Shown here: positions 20,404-28,854 of the stretch, one piece after another
Position numbering within the stretch: the stretch's first letter is position 1
How the letters are laid out: every line of letters begins with the position of its first letter
NCBI GenBank assembly: GCA_016179745.1
Contig: JACPCP010000010.1
Coordinates: 3,832 to 67,831, forward strand
Direction of reading: 5' to 3'
DNA: 64,000 nucleotides
Origin: Candidatus Omnitrophota bacterium
Lineage (GTDB): Bacteria; Omnitrophota; Omnitrophia; Omnitrophales; JACQLI01
Notes under the pieces: model-generated
Databases searched by the model: none
What the model was told of the DNA's origin: nothing
What the model saw: only the letters and a program-made list of their open reading frames with translations
Translations under genes and position numbers: made by a program

Positions 20404-20671
20404 AGAGAATCATCAGAAGGTCGGGCATCAGGCGATGATTTTTGTGCCAGGTGCCGAGAAACCGGGCCCCCAGTAAAAAGGCAATCCCCAAACTCGCCAG
20501 CGCTGCCGGGCGGATCCCTCTCTCCATCCCATAGGCGGAGGCGAGGAGCGCCGCTCCGGCAAGGGTTCCGGCCATCAAGGAGGCTTTGCTTTTCGCTTTG
20601 ACAAAGCCGATCACGCCTCCGACGAGATTGAAGATCCCAAACAGAGCGGTGATCCAAACGGCAGGGTTCAT
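20354..20671 (-). CDS. Small integral membrane protein (TMEM14/UPF0136-like)
   Basis: 105 aa with 3-4 hydrophobic helices rich in Gly/Ala. Weak family assignment. Confidence 0.4.
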   Translation of the reverse strand: MNPAVWITALFGIFNLVGGVIGFVKAKSKASLMAGTLAGAALLASAYGMERGIRPAALASLGIAFLLGARFLGTWHKNHRLMPDLLMILFSVATLFAVIYFQLRL

Positions 20672-20686
20672 CTCTGACCTCCTCTT

Positions 20687-21292
20687 TTAAATCCGGACTT
20701 TAAAACCCCGGAGTTCCTTTTTGAGCCGGGCGTTGGAACGAAATTGAATCGTATGGATCCCGAGCCTCTGGGCTGATTCGACAAAAGCCGGCATGTCGTC
20801 GATAAAGACAACTTCTTCCGGACGCAGCCGGGTTGTTTTCAAGACCTTCCAGAAAATCTTCGGGTCCGGTTTCCGGTGGCCCATCCGGTGCGAGGGAAAG
20901 GTCCGCTTGAAACAGCGGAAGATTCCGGGAAACCGGCGCCTGACATAATTGAAGTGGAGGGCGTTCGTGTTCGAGATGACGTAGAGGGGATAACGGCGGC
21001 TTAAGCTCTTCAGAATCGGACGAACGCCCTCATTCTCCCAAAAAATATCATTCCAGAGTTTCTCGAACTTCCGGAAGCTCACCTGGGTATGAAAGGCCCG
21101 CTGGGCGTGGCGGAAAAACTCCCGGGTTGTGATTTCGCCCCGGGTGTAGGCCTTTTCAACTTTGGAGGTAAAGAAATGCCTCCAAACTTTCTCCTCCGGC
21201 GCCCGGGTCTCCTGGGCGAAGCGCCGTGCGGCCCGCCGGGCGTCAAAATGAATCAGCACATTTCCGAGATCAAAAATAATGGCTTTAATCAT
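20687..21292 (-). CDS. HAD-superfamily hydrolase (subfamily IA)
   Basis: N-terminal MIKAIIFDLGNVL carries the DxG motif I. C-terminal VVFIDDMP (motif IV). Confidence 0.6.
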   Translation of the reverse strand: MIKAIIFDLGNVLIHFDARRAARRFAQETRAPEEKVWRHFFTSKVEKAYTRGEITTREFFRHAQRAFHTQVSFRKFEKLWNDIFWENEGVRPILKSLSRRYPLYVISNTNALHFNYVRRRFPGIFRCFKRTFPSHRMGHRKPDPKIFWKVLKTTRLRPEEVVFIDDMPAFVESAQRLGIHTIQFRSNARLKKELRGFKVRI

Positions 21293-21307
21293 CGTCCAGG
21301 GACGTGC

Positions 21308-22294
21308 TTACGTAATGCGGAGAGGGGCAAGGTCCGCTTCCGCCAGGGCCGACCCAATCTCAAGAATCCGGTTGGAACCCTCATTTTCCCATCGAATCTG
21401 AGGCGTCTCTCCGGGAAGGTGCTTTGTGTAACTTAAAATCATCCGGCCTGCCGCCTCCAGCCGTTCAAAGGTCCCGGGCCCGATCAAAAGCGCCGTGGGC
21501 CCGGCAAAGTTGACGGGTGTCATGAGCGTCGTCCCCTTCGGATGAAGGTATTCCAGATACTCGTTTTCACTCAATTCCCTTCCCAGAATGACTTTGGCCC
21601 CGGGGTCGATCCTGAGATGCCGGCCCACCTTCAAAATTTCAAACTGCCAGCGCTCCCCGTCCTGCCCGTGTTGAAAGAGGTCCCTCACCTTCTTGGCGAA
21701 CTCGGGCTCGGTCAGGGCACAGCCGGTCGAAGGCTGCGGAGGATTTTCGATACCGAACTCCTTCGCCAATTTGAGGAGCCTGGCCCGGGAGCGGCCGGCA
21801 ATGTCGTAAAGCCTTTCCCGGTCCACGATCCCCTCTTTCTCGGGAAGGGAGGGTTCGAGAAGTTTGGCCGAGAGGGGGCGCACAATCAATCCCGCAAGAC
21901 CCGTTTCCTTTTCGATGGTCTCAAAACAATCCGAGCGCTGGGACATGGGCCTTTGGCCGAGGACCTCCCCGGACACCACAAAGGAAGCGCCCACGGTTTG
22001 CATCATTTTTTTGGCGAGGCGGAACATATAAGAGCGGCAGTCGACGCAGGGGTTGATGCCTTTTCCAACACCGTGCTTGGGATTTTTGACAAGCTCGAGG
22101 TAATCCATTCCCACGGGAATCATCGTAAACCGGACCCCCAGCTCATGCGCCACCTGGCGGGCGTCGTCCTTGCAGCAGCCGAACATCGTCTGGAAATTGA
22201 TGGCCTCGAGCTCCACCCCTTGCCGCAGGAGAATTTTTGCCGCCAGCGTGCTGTCCAAACCTCCGGATAACAGGATGACGCCTTTTCGATTCAT
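21308..22294 (-). CDS. PP-loop ATP pyrophosphatase, ThiI/TtuA-like tRNA sulfurtransferase family
   Basis: ILLSGGLDSTLAAKILLRQGVELEAINF is a PP-loop SGGxDS motif in a ThiI-like context. NPCVDCRSY Cys motif. No THUMP domain. Confidence 0.45.
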   Translation of the reverse strand: MNRKGVILLSGGLDSTLAAKILLRQGVELEAINFQTMFGCCKDDARQVAHELGVRFTMIPVGMDYLELVKNPKHGVGKGINPCVDCRSYMFRLAKKMMQTVGASFVVSGEVLGQRPMSQRSDCFETIEKETGLAGLIVRPLSAKLLEPSLPEKEGIVDRERLYDIAGRSRARLLKLAKEFGIENPPQPSTGCALTEPEFAKKVRDLFQHGQDGERWQFEILKVGRHLRIDPGAKVILGRELSENEYLEYLHPKGTTLMTPVNFAGPTALLIGPGTFERLEAAGRMILSYTKHLPGETPQIRWENEGSNRILEIGSALAEADLAPLRIT

Positions 22295-22329
22295 GACGGG
22301 ATCATACCATAGAAGGCGGTAAGTGAAAA

Positions 22330-23220
22330 TCAGCCCCCGTAGCCCAGCCGTTTCAGGGCCTCGGGATCTTTTTTCCAGTTTTTGAGGGTCTTGACCCAGA
22401 GTTCGAGAAAGACCTTTTTCCCGAGAAACCGTTCGATCTCAAGGCGGGCCGCCTGGCCGATCTGCTTGATTTTGGCGCCGCCCTTTCCGATCAGGATGAC
22501 CTTCTGCGAATCTTTCTCCACCACCACCGCCGCCTTGATCACGACGAGCCCGGCTGATTTTTCCTTAAACTCTTCGATCTCGACGGCGGAACTGTAGGGC
22601 ACCTCCTCGCCCGTGAAACGGAAGACCTTCTCCCGGATAATTTCTCCGACAATCGTGCGCTCGTTTTGGTCGGTGAGGATTCCGTCGTCAAAGTAGGCCG
22701 GGTTTTCCGGCAGCGCCTGAAAGGTCTTCTCGACCAAGACGGACAAGTTTTCCCCGTGCACAGCGGAAATAGAAAGGACTTCCCGGAAAGGGTGGAGTTT
22801 CCGCCACGCCTCCAGGAGGGGCGGCCGCTTCGGCTTCACGACCCGGTCCACCTGATTGATCAAAAGAAAAAGAGGGATGGCCCCCTTTTGGAATTTCCCG
22901 GCAAGCTCCTGATCGAGCGTGTCAGGCGGCTCGGGAAAGACCACCCAGTAGATCAAATCCGAACCCTCGAGCGCCTTCCCGATCTCCCCCATCATCCAAT
23001 CCCCGAGCCGGTCGTGGGGCTCGTGAAAGCCGGGCGTGTCGAGGAAAACAGCCTGGCCCTCGGGGCGGGAGACAATGCCACGGATCACGTGGCGGGTGGT
23101 TTGGGGTTTCCGGGAGACGCCGGCCAGTTTCTCGCCGACCAGGTGATTGAGGAGCGTCGACTTTCCGACATTGGGACGGCCGACAATGGAAATGAATCCG
23201 GAACGAAAAGTTCGGGGCAC
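22330..23220 (-). CDS. era: GTPase Era
   Basis: G1 GRPNVGKST, G3 DTPG, and C-terminal KH domain (VIKAAVVVEKDSQKVILIGKGG). Confidence 0.9.
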   Translation of the reverse strand: MPRTFRSGFISIVGRPNVGKSTLLNHLVGEKLAGVSRKPQTTRHVIRGIVSRPEGQAVFLDTPGFHEPHDRLGDWMMGEIGKALEGSDLIYWVVFPEPPDTLDQELAGKFQKGAIPLFLLINQVDRVVKPKRPPLLEAWRKLHPFREVLSISAVHGENLSVLVEKTFQALPENPAYFDDGILTDQNERTIVGEIIREKVFRFTGEEVPYSSAVEIEEFKEKSAGLVVIKAAVVVEKDSQKVILIGKGGAKIKQIGQAARLEIERFLGKKVFLELWVKTLKNWKKDPEALKRLGYGG

Positions 23221-23227
23221 CTAACGC

Positions 23228-23620
23228 TCAGCGGATCTTCTGGATGATTTTATTGTAAAGCTCGTTGGCGAGTTCCAGATTGGGGATGAGCTTGTAACCC
23301 TTGCGGGCCTTGATGCGCAGCCGCACCGTGCGTTCGGTGATCTGTTTGACCCGGATCTTGACCTGGGACTTTCGGACTTCGGCCACGAGATCTCCCCGGG
23401 GCCGGTCTTCCCTGCGGATGAAACCCTCAACCCTCAAAGTCTCCCGGCTCGCCTGGTAAACCTTGTCAAAGGACTTGTCGAGATTTCCTTCAATTTCATC
23501 CTTGGAGATGGCGTAGCCGCCGGCCGCCCCGGCGCCGATCAAAAAAACCGGACAGCCGGAGAAAAGAATCAGCGAAAAGAGGAGCCCGCCTGCCGTCCAA
23601 ATTTTTCCCATTCCCTTCAT
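23228..23620 (-). CDS. Lipoprotein of unknown function (DUF3568-like)
   Basis: Lipobox LILFSGC, about 130 aa, with a basic C-terminal half. Confidence 0.45.
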   Translation of the reverse strand: MKGMGKIWTAGGLLFSLILFSGCPVFLIGAGAAGGYAISKDEIEGNLDKSFDKVYQASRETLRVEGFIRREDRPRGDLVAEVRKSQVKIRVKQITERTVRLRIKARKGYKLIPNLELANELYNKIIQKIR

Positions 23621-24303
23621 GAGAGAGGCCTCCCTGCACGAACCGGGTTTTGAACCAGTCTTAGAATTTCATTCACGAGCTTTTCGATCCCCTGCCACGC
23701 CTCAGCGACATTTTGGGCCAGCATGTAGGCCGGGGTGGTCACAATCTTATGATCGGCATCGACCCAGATTTCGTTGACCCCGCATTCGTGGTGGCGGGAG
23801 CCGAGTCTCTCCAATTGATCTGCCGTCGAGCGGTCTTTTCCGATCGTGAGCCCGACGCCGGAACCCTCAAAAATCTTGGCCACGAGGGCCGGGGCAATAC
23901 AAATGGCACCGATCGGTTTCCCGGCCTGGTGGACCTCCCGGACGAGCCGGGCAACTTCGGGGTGGACCTTGCAATCCGTCCCGTCGACGGCAAAGGTGCA
24001 GAGGTTTTTGGCGGCGCCGTAACCCCCGGGGAAAATGAGGGCATCCACATCGCCGGCCTGGACCTCTTTAATATCCCTGATCTTGCCCCGGGCAATTCGG
24101 GCGGACTCGACCAGGATGTTCCGCTTCTCTTGGGTCTCAACGCCCGTGAGATGATTGATGACGTGGAGTTGGTCCGAGTTGGGCGCCATACAAACGGCTT
24201 CGGCTTTTGCCTTCGACAAGGCGAGAAGGGTCAGAACGGACTCGTGAATCTCGGACCCGTCCATCACCCCGCACCCGGAAAGCACAACGCCGATCCTGGG
24301 CAT
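23617..24303 (-). CDS. elbB: Isoprenoid biosynthesis glyoxalase ElbB (DJ-1/PfpI family)
   Basis: MPRIGVVLSGCGVMDGSEIHE...DALIFPGGYGAAKNL...GAICIAP matches ElbB. Confidence 0.7.
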   Translation of the reverse strand: MPRIGVVLSGCGVMDGSEIHESVLTLLALSKAKAEAVCMAPNSDQLHVINHLTGVETQEKRNILVESARIARGKIRDIKEVQAGDVDALIFPGGYGAAKNLCTFAVDGTDCKVHPEVARLVREVHQAGKPIGAICIAPALVAKIFEGSGVGLTIGKDRSTADQLERLGSRHHECGVNEIWVDADHKIVTTPAYMLAQNVAEAWQGIEKLVNEILRLVQNPVRAGRPLS

Positions 24304-24305
24304 TT

Positions 24306-25454
24306 TCAGTATTTCGGGACGGACGGGTCCACCTGGCTCGACCAGGCTGAAATTCCGCCGGCCACGCTCCAAACCTTTTTAAACCCGCTCTTCAGCAACA
24401 ATTCGACGGCCCGGGAACTCCGGCCGCCCAGTTTGCAGTGGGCGACGATCTCCTTGTCCCTATAAGACTCAAGCTCGCTCAAGCGATCGGCAAGCTGGCC
24501 GACCGGAATCAATTTGGAGCCGGGGATTTTCGCAATCTGATACTCGTGGGGTTCCCGGACATCGAGGAGAAGAAAATCTTCCTTTCGGTCCAGTTTGGCC
24601 TTCAGGTCAAAAACGGAAATTTCAGGAATCATCGATTCTCCCCGGCTCTCTCCCCGTTTTACGCCGCAGAATTCTTCATAATCAATGAGCTTCGTGACCG
24701 TGGGGTGATCGCCGCACACCGGGCAATTCTTGTCCCGCCTCAGCCGGAGGGTGCGAAAACTCATTTTCAAGGCGTCGTAAAGAAGGAGCCTTCCGATCAA
24801 GGGCTCTCCGGTCCCGACAATCAATTTCACCGCCTCCGTCGCCTGAAGGACCCCGATCACGCCCGGAAGAATTCCGAGCACTCCCCCTTCGGCGCAGCTT
24901 GGGACCATCCCGGGCGGCGGCGGCTCCGGGTAAAGGCAGCGGTAGCAGGGCCCCGTTTTCGGCATGAACACGGTGGCCTGTCCTTCGAAACGAAAGATGG
25001 AACCGTAAATATTGGGCTTGTTCAAAAGAACGCAAGCATCGTTGACGAGATAACGGGTGGGAAAATTGTCTGTCCCGTCAATCACGAGGTCGTAACCCTG
25101 GATGATTTCTAAGGCATTGTCGGACGAAATTTTCACCGGGTGTTTGACGACCTTCGTGTCGGGGTTCATTCCTTTGATTCGTTTCTCGGCAGAATCGAGT
25201 TTGGATTTCCCGATGTCGTCATTCGTGTGAAGGATCTGGCGCTGGAGGTTGGAAAGATCGACCACGTCAAAATCGACAAGGCCGATCGTCCCCACGCCCG
25301 CCGCTGCCAAATAAAGACCGAGCGGCGAACCAAGACCCCCGGCTCCAATGAGAAGCACTTTGGCGGCCAGAAGCTTTTTCTGCCCCGCTTCCCCGATCTC
25401 GGGAAGTATCAGGTGACGGCTGTAACGGCTGTATTGTTCAGGGGTTAAATTCAT
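24306..25454 (-). CDS. moeZ: Sulfur-carrier-protein adenylyltransferase MoeB/MoeZ-type E1 with C-terminal rhodanese domain
   Basis: YSRHLILPEIG...VLLIGAGGLGSP (E1 nucleotide loop), CxxC pairs, and a C-terminal rhodanese domain with active Cys (AHCKLGGRS). Confidence 0.8.
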   Translation of the reverse strand: MNLTPEQYSRYSRHLILPEIGEAGQKKLLAAKVLLIGAGGLGSPLGLYLAAAGVGTIGLVDFDVVDLSNLQRQILHTNDDIGKSKLDSAEKRIKGMNPDTKVVKHPVKISSDNALEIIQGYDLVIDGTDNFPTRYLVNDACVLLNKPNIYGSIFRFEGQATVFMPKTGPCYRCLYPEPPPPGMVPSCAEGGVLGILPGVIGVLQATEAVKLIVGTGEPLIGRLLLYDALKMSFRTLRLRRDKNCPVCGDHPTVTKLIDYEEFCGVKRGESRGESMIPEISVFDLKAKLDRKEDFLLLDVREPHEYQIAKIPGSKLIPVGQLADRLSELESYRDKEIVAHCKLGGRSSRAVELLLKSGFKKVWSVAGGISAWSSQVDPSVPKY

Positions 25455-25477
25455 TTTGAGGGTTTTTCCGGCTCCTA

Positions 25478-26680
25478 TTATACAGCGTCCCAACCCCGGA
25501 TCAAACGGCGCATCAGGAGATGGCCTTTCTCCAACTGAATGCCGGTCGAGCGGGCGTCCGCCTCGGTGTAGTTTTTCCCGGAGCGGATTTTCACATCGGA
25601 GCCGGAGAAAATAAAAGGGACGGGGTCCGCAATGTGGGTTTTCTTCGCCGTCGGCGTGAAGTGGTCCGGGGCAACAAAAAGGCGGTAGGGCCCCCGCTTC
25701 CTGAGATGATCGGTGAGGGGGGCCACAATGGCTTCATCGATTCTTTCAATCGCCTTCTTCTTTTCCAGGGCAAGCCCCGAGTGGCCCGCCTCGTCCGTGG
25801 CCTCGACGTGGACGAAAATCAAATCAAGTTCCTTCAAGGCGTTGATCGCATAACGGGCCTTGGCGTCGTAATCGGTGTCAAAGTAGCCCGTGGCGCCCGG
25901 GACGTGGATCACCTTCCAGCCGAGGTAATGCCCAAGCCCCTGCAAAAGATCGACGGCTGAAATGACACCGCCCCGGACCCCTTTAAATTTTTCGTGAAAG
26001 GGTTCGATTTCGGGCCGGACTCCGCCGCCCCAGAGCCAAATCATATTTGCTTTCGATTTTCCTTCCTTTTCACGTTTTTGATTCACCGGATGATTCTCGA
26101 GAAGCTTCCGGGATTCGAGAATGAAATTTCTGAAAACCTCGGAGCCCTTTCCCTTGGGAAGAAAAGGTTCAAATTTTTGCCCCTGAATGTCGTGCGGTTG
26201 GGCGGTTTCGACTTCGAAGTCTTCTCCTCTCCGGCAGAGAAGGAGGTGGCGATACATCTTCCCCGGAAAAAATTGGAAATCTTTTGAGCCGAACTTTTTT
26301 TGGACGGCTTCGATCAATTCCTTCGCTTCTTCCGTCGTCACGTGGCCGGCGCTGTAATCTTCAAGGCGGTCGCCTCGGGCCGTCACGAGATTCGTGCGAA
26401 AAACTTTTTGCTTGCCCTCCACCGGAATGCCGAGGCTCGCCGCCTCCAGCGGCGCCCGGCCGGTGTAACAGGTCCGGGGGTCGTAACCCATGAGGCTCAG
26501 ACCGCACACGTCGCTTCCGGGAACCATTCCGTCGGGAACCGTTTTGAGCGTCCCCAAAATCCCTTCCTGCGCCAGCCGGTCCAGGTTCGGCGTCCGGGCG
26601 GCTTCGAGCGGGGTCTTCTCCCCCAGCTCCGGAACCGGCCAGTCACCCAACCCATCTGGAACTATCACCGCATATTTCAT
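25478..26680 (-). CDS. apgM: 2,3-bisphosphoglycerate-independent phosphoglycerate mutase, archaeal type
   Basis: MKYAVIVPDGLGDWP...TPNLDRLA... and the metal-binding C-terminal half match the ApgM family. Confidence 0.8.
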   Translation of the reverse strand: MKYAVIVPDGLGDWPVPELGEKTPLEAARTPNLDRLAQEGILGTLKTVPDGMVPGSDVCGLSLMGYDPRTCYTGRAPLEAASLGIPVEGKQKVFRTNLVTARGDRLEDYSAGHVTTEEAKELIEAVQKKFGSKDFQFFPGKMYRHLLLCRRGEDFEVETAQPHDIQGQKFEPFLPKGKGSEVFRNFILESRKLLENHPVNQKREKEGKSKANMIWLWGGGVRPEIEPFHEKFKGVRGGVISAVDLLQGLGHYLGWKVIHVPGATGYFDTDYDAKARYAINALKELDLIFVHVEATDEAGHSGLALEKKKAIERIDEAIVAPLTDHLRKRGPYRLFVAPDHFTPTAKKTHIADPVPFIFSGSDVKIRSGKNYTEADARSTGIQLEKGHLLMRRLIRGWDAV

Positions 26681-26681
26681 T

Positions 26682-27641
26682 TTAGTTTCGATAGAAACCC
26701 GTTTTGAAAATTTCGTCGCTCTCGTAAACCCGTCGGAGGACGGAGATCTCTTCGATCCGGAGCTTCGGGTCCTCGCTCGCCTTTAAATTCTGAAGGACTT
26801 GCAGCCGGGTCTTTGCGCCCGGAATCGCTGCACTCACCGCCTCAAAGCTCAAAACAAATTCCAGGGCCTCCTCAACCGGCGAAACCCGTTCTGTTTTGAG
26901 GCTGGCCCGAAGCCGGGACAGTTTTTGAAGGTCCAGCTCCTTTTTCTCCCGGGACCAGCCGTTTCGATGATCGGTCTTGGGAAAGGCGCTCACGCCCGAG
27001 TATTTCCCGGTCAGGAACCCGCAGGCCAGCGGTTCCCGGGCAATGATTCCGATATTTTTCTCCACAGCCTCCGGGAAGACCTCCAGGACCGGCCGCTGAT
27101 CAATCAGGTTAAAGATCAATTGAAGGGTGTCGGCCTTCCCGGAACGGATCACGGCCAGCGCTTCGGCCGGCGTGTGCACGGAGACGCCGTAATAACGGAC
27201 CTTCCCTTCCCTTTTTAATTCCTCCAACACCTGGAAAAGGCCCCCCTGTTCAAGGATTTCAAGCCTGGGATTGTGCAGCTGGTAAAGATCGATCCGGTCC
27301 GTCGCAAGACGCCGGAGGCTCTCCCCGCAGGCGAAGCGGATGTAATCCGGGTCAAAATTCTGCCTCGAACCGCCGTGATAGAAATCCCAGCCGGCTTTGG
27401 TGGCGATCACCGCCTGGTCACGCTTTCCTTTCAGGAAGCGGCCGATGAGCTCTTCGGAATGGCCATGCCCGTAAGTGTCGGCGGTGTCGAAAAAATTGAC
27501 GCCGTGCTCCCAAGCCGCTTCGAGGGCGTCGAGCGAATCCTCATCCCGGGTCGGGCCGTAGCTCGTCCCTCCAATGGCCCACGCCCCGAACCCGATTTCA
27601 GAGACACTCAGCCCTGTCCGTCCAAGTGTTCGGTATTTCAT
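26682..27641 (-). CDS. Aldo/keto reductase
   Basis: [25 protein letters not shown]...DTADTYGHGHSEE...IDLYQLH are AKR signature motifs. Confidence 0.8.
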   Translation of the reverse strand: MKYRTLGRTGLSVSEIGFGAWAIGGTSYGPTRDEDSLDALEAAWEHGVNFFDTADTYGHGHSEELIGRFLKGKRDQAVIATKAGWDFYHGGSRQNFDPDYIRFACGESLRRLATDRIDLYQLHNPRLEILEQGGLFQVLEELKREGKVRYYGVSVHTPAEALAVIRSGKADTLQLIFNLIDQRPVLEVFPEAVEKNIGIIAREPLACGFLTGKYSGVSAFPKTDHRNGWSREKKELDLQKLSRLRASLKTERVSPVEEALEFVLSFEAVSAAIPGAKTRLQVLQNLKASEDPKLRIEEISVLRRVYESDEIFKTGFYRN

Positions 27642-28099
27642 TGGAGGGGGAGTTCGAACTGCGGATTGACGGCTTTTGCCTTTTCCAAAACAGCATGGAT
27701 CCATTCCTCGGCATCGGTCAACGCATTTTTGGTTTCATCGTGTGTCACCAATCCGCCATATTCGTAAGTCAGCTGATTCCTCTTGCGCCGCATCGTTTCG
27801 AACTGCTCTGCGAGGGCTTTAAACCGGCTCCCGAGCAGCGTCTCACAAACTAAAATGACGGTCCGGTGCTGAGAGCCATCGGCGGGACGGAGCCCTTCCA
27901 GAAAAAGGAGGGAGCGGCCGGCTTTCAGCATGGACTGATAAGCCATCAAAAAAGGTGAACGCTCACCGACGGTGAGGACCGCCTTTGCTTCTCGAATATC
28001 CCTGAGCGCGTCCTTCAGGAGCCCCTCAATTTGCACCCATGCCACTTTCTGCTCCCGAAGTTTTCCTTCCCGTTTCAATTTTTCAATCAATTCCTTCAT
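27638..28099 (-). CDS. HEPN domain protein (toxin-like partner of MNT)
   Basis: 153 aa helical protein. Located immediately downstream of, and overlapping, a minimal nucleotidyltransferase gene. Confidence 0.6.
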   Translation of the reverse strand: MKELIEKLKREGKLREQKVAWVQIEGLLKDALRDIREAKAVLTVGERSPFLMAYQSMLKAGRSLLFLEGLRPADGSQHRTVILVCETLLGSRFKALAEQFETMRRKRNQLTYEYGGLVTHDETKNALTDAEEWIHAVLEKAKAVNPQFELPLQ

Positions 28100-28658
28100 C
28101 GAGCTTTCCTTTTAAAATGATCTTTTTCCCTCGAGTCACGTCCGCAAGAAAACTTCCCTTTGCCCGGAGTTTCGTTCGGAACTCCCGGTCGGGATAAAGA
28201 GTAAAATTAATCTCACGACCCAGCCGTTCTTCAAGCGCCCGGATCTGGGAGGTGAACCGCCTGCGGTCGAGCTCCCCCACCACCACGAGATCAATATCGG
28301 AAGACGCACGCTCCTCCCCTTTGGCGTAGGAGCCATAAATGAACGCCAGCCGGATTGCCGGAAACTTTTCAACACACTGCCGGAGGCTTCCTTCAATCCC
28401 CTCGGTTTTAAAGATGATTTGTTTCAGCTCCAGGTAAAGCGGGTATCTCGGATTCAGCCGGTAGAATCTGATCCTTCCTTTGGGCTCTTCCTGAAAAAGC
28501 CCCTCTTCGGTGAGGCGGCGGAGCTCTTTGGAAAGATTGCCCGGATCCAGGCTGAGGAGGGCTGCAATTTCCCGGACGTAATACTTCTCGTCAGGGTGGG
28601 TGAAGTAATGAGTCAGCAGCTTTCGCCGGAGCTTGGACGAAATCACGTAGGGGAGCAT
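28083..28658 (-). CDS. Minimal nucleotidyltransferase (MNT) with N-terminal wHTH
   Basis: FIYGSYAKGEERASSDIDLVVV is the GS...D.D NTase motif. N-terminal REIAALLSLDPGNLSKELRRLTEEGL is a wHTH. Confidence 0.7.
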   Translation of the reverse strand: MLPYVISSKLRRKLLTHYFTHPDEKYYVREIAALLSLDPGNLSKELRRLTEEGLFQEEPKGRIRFYRLNPRYPLYLELKQIIFKTEGIEGSLRQCVEKFPAIRLAFIYGSYAKGEERASSDIDLVVVGELDRRRFTSQIRALEERLGREINFTLYPDREFRTKLRAKGSFLADVTRGKKIILKGKLDEGID

Positions 28659-28659
28659 T

Positions 28660-28845
28660 TTAGGGTTCCGCTTGATGTATCAGATACATCAATTGTAGTA
28701 TCCAACTCCCCCAAACGCAAGGCCTGTTTGGGCCTTCCCGATCCCGGGTCGGGCCGTAGCTCGTGCCTCCGATGGCCCAGGCCCCGAAACCCATTTCAGA
28801 AACCCTGAGCCCCGTGCGTCCGAGTGTCCGGTATTTCATCGGCAC
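28660..28845 (-). pseudogene. Duplicated 5' fragment of the aldo/keto reductase gene (remnant)
   Basis: Encodes [33 protein letters not shown], then diverges and stops at 61 aa. About 105 bp (28740-28848) are roughly 88% identical to 27543-27650, the start of the intact AKR. Confidence 0.6.
28672..28692. promoter_or_regulatory. Palindromic candidate operator of the HEPN/MNT module
   Basis: TTGATGTATC-a-GATACATCAA, a perfect 10-bp inverted repeat 14-34 nt upstream of the MNT start codon. Confidence 0.4.
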
Positions 28846-28854
28846 GGCGGGTTG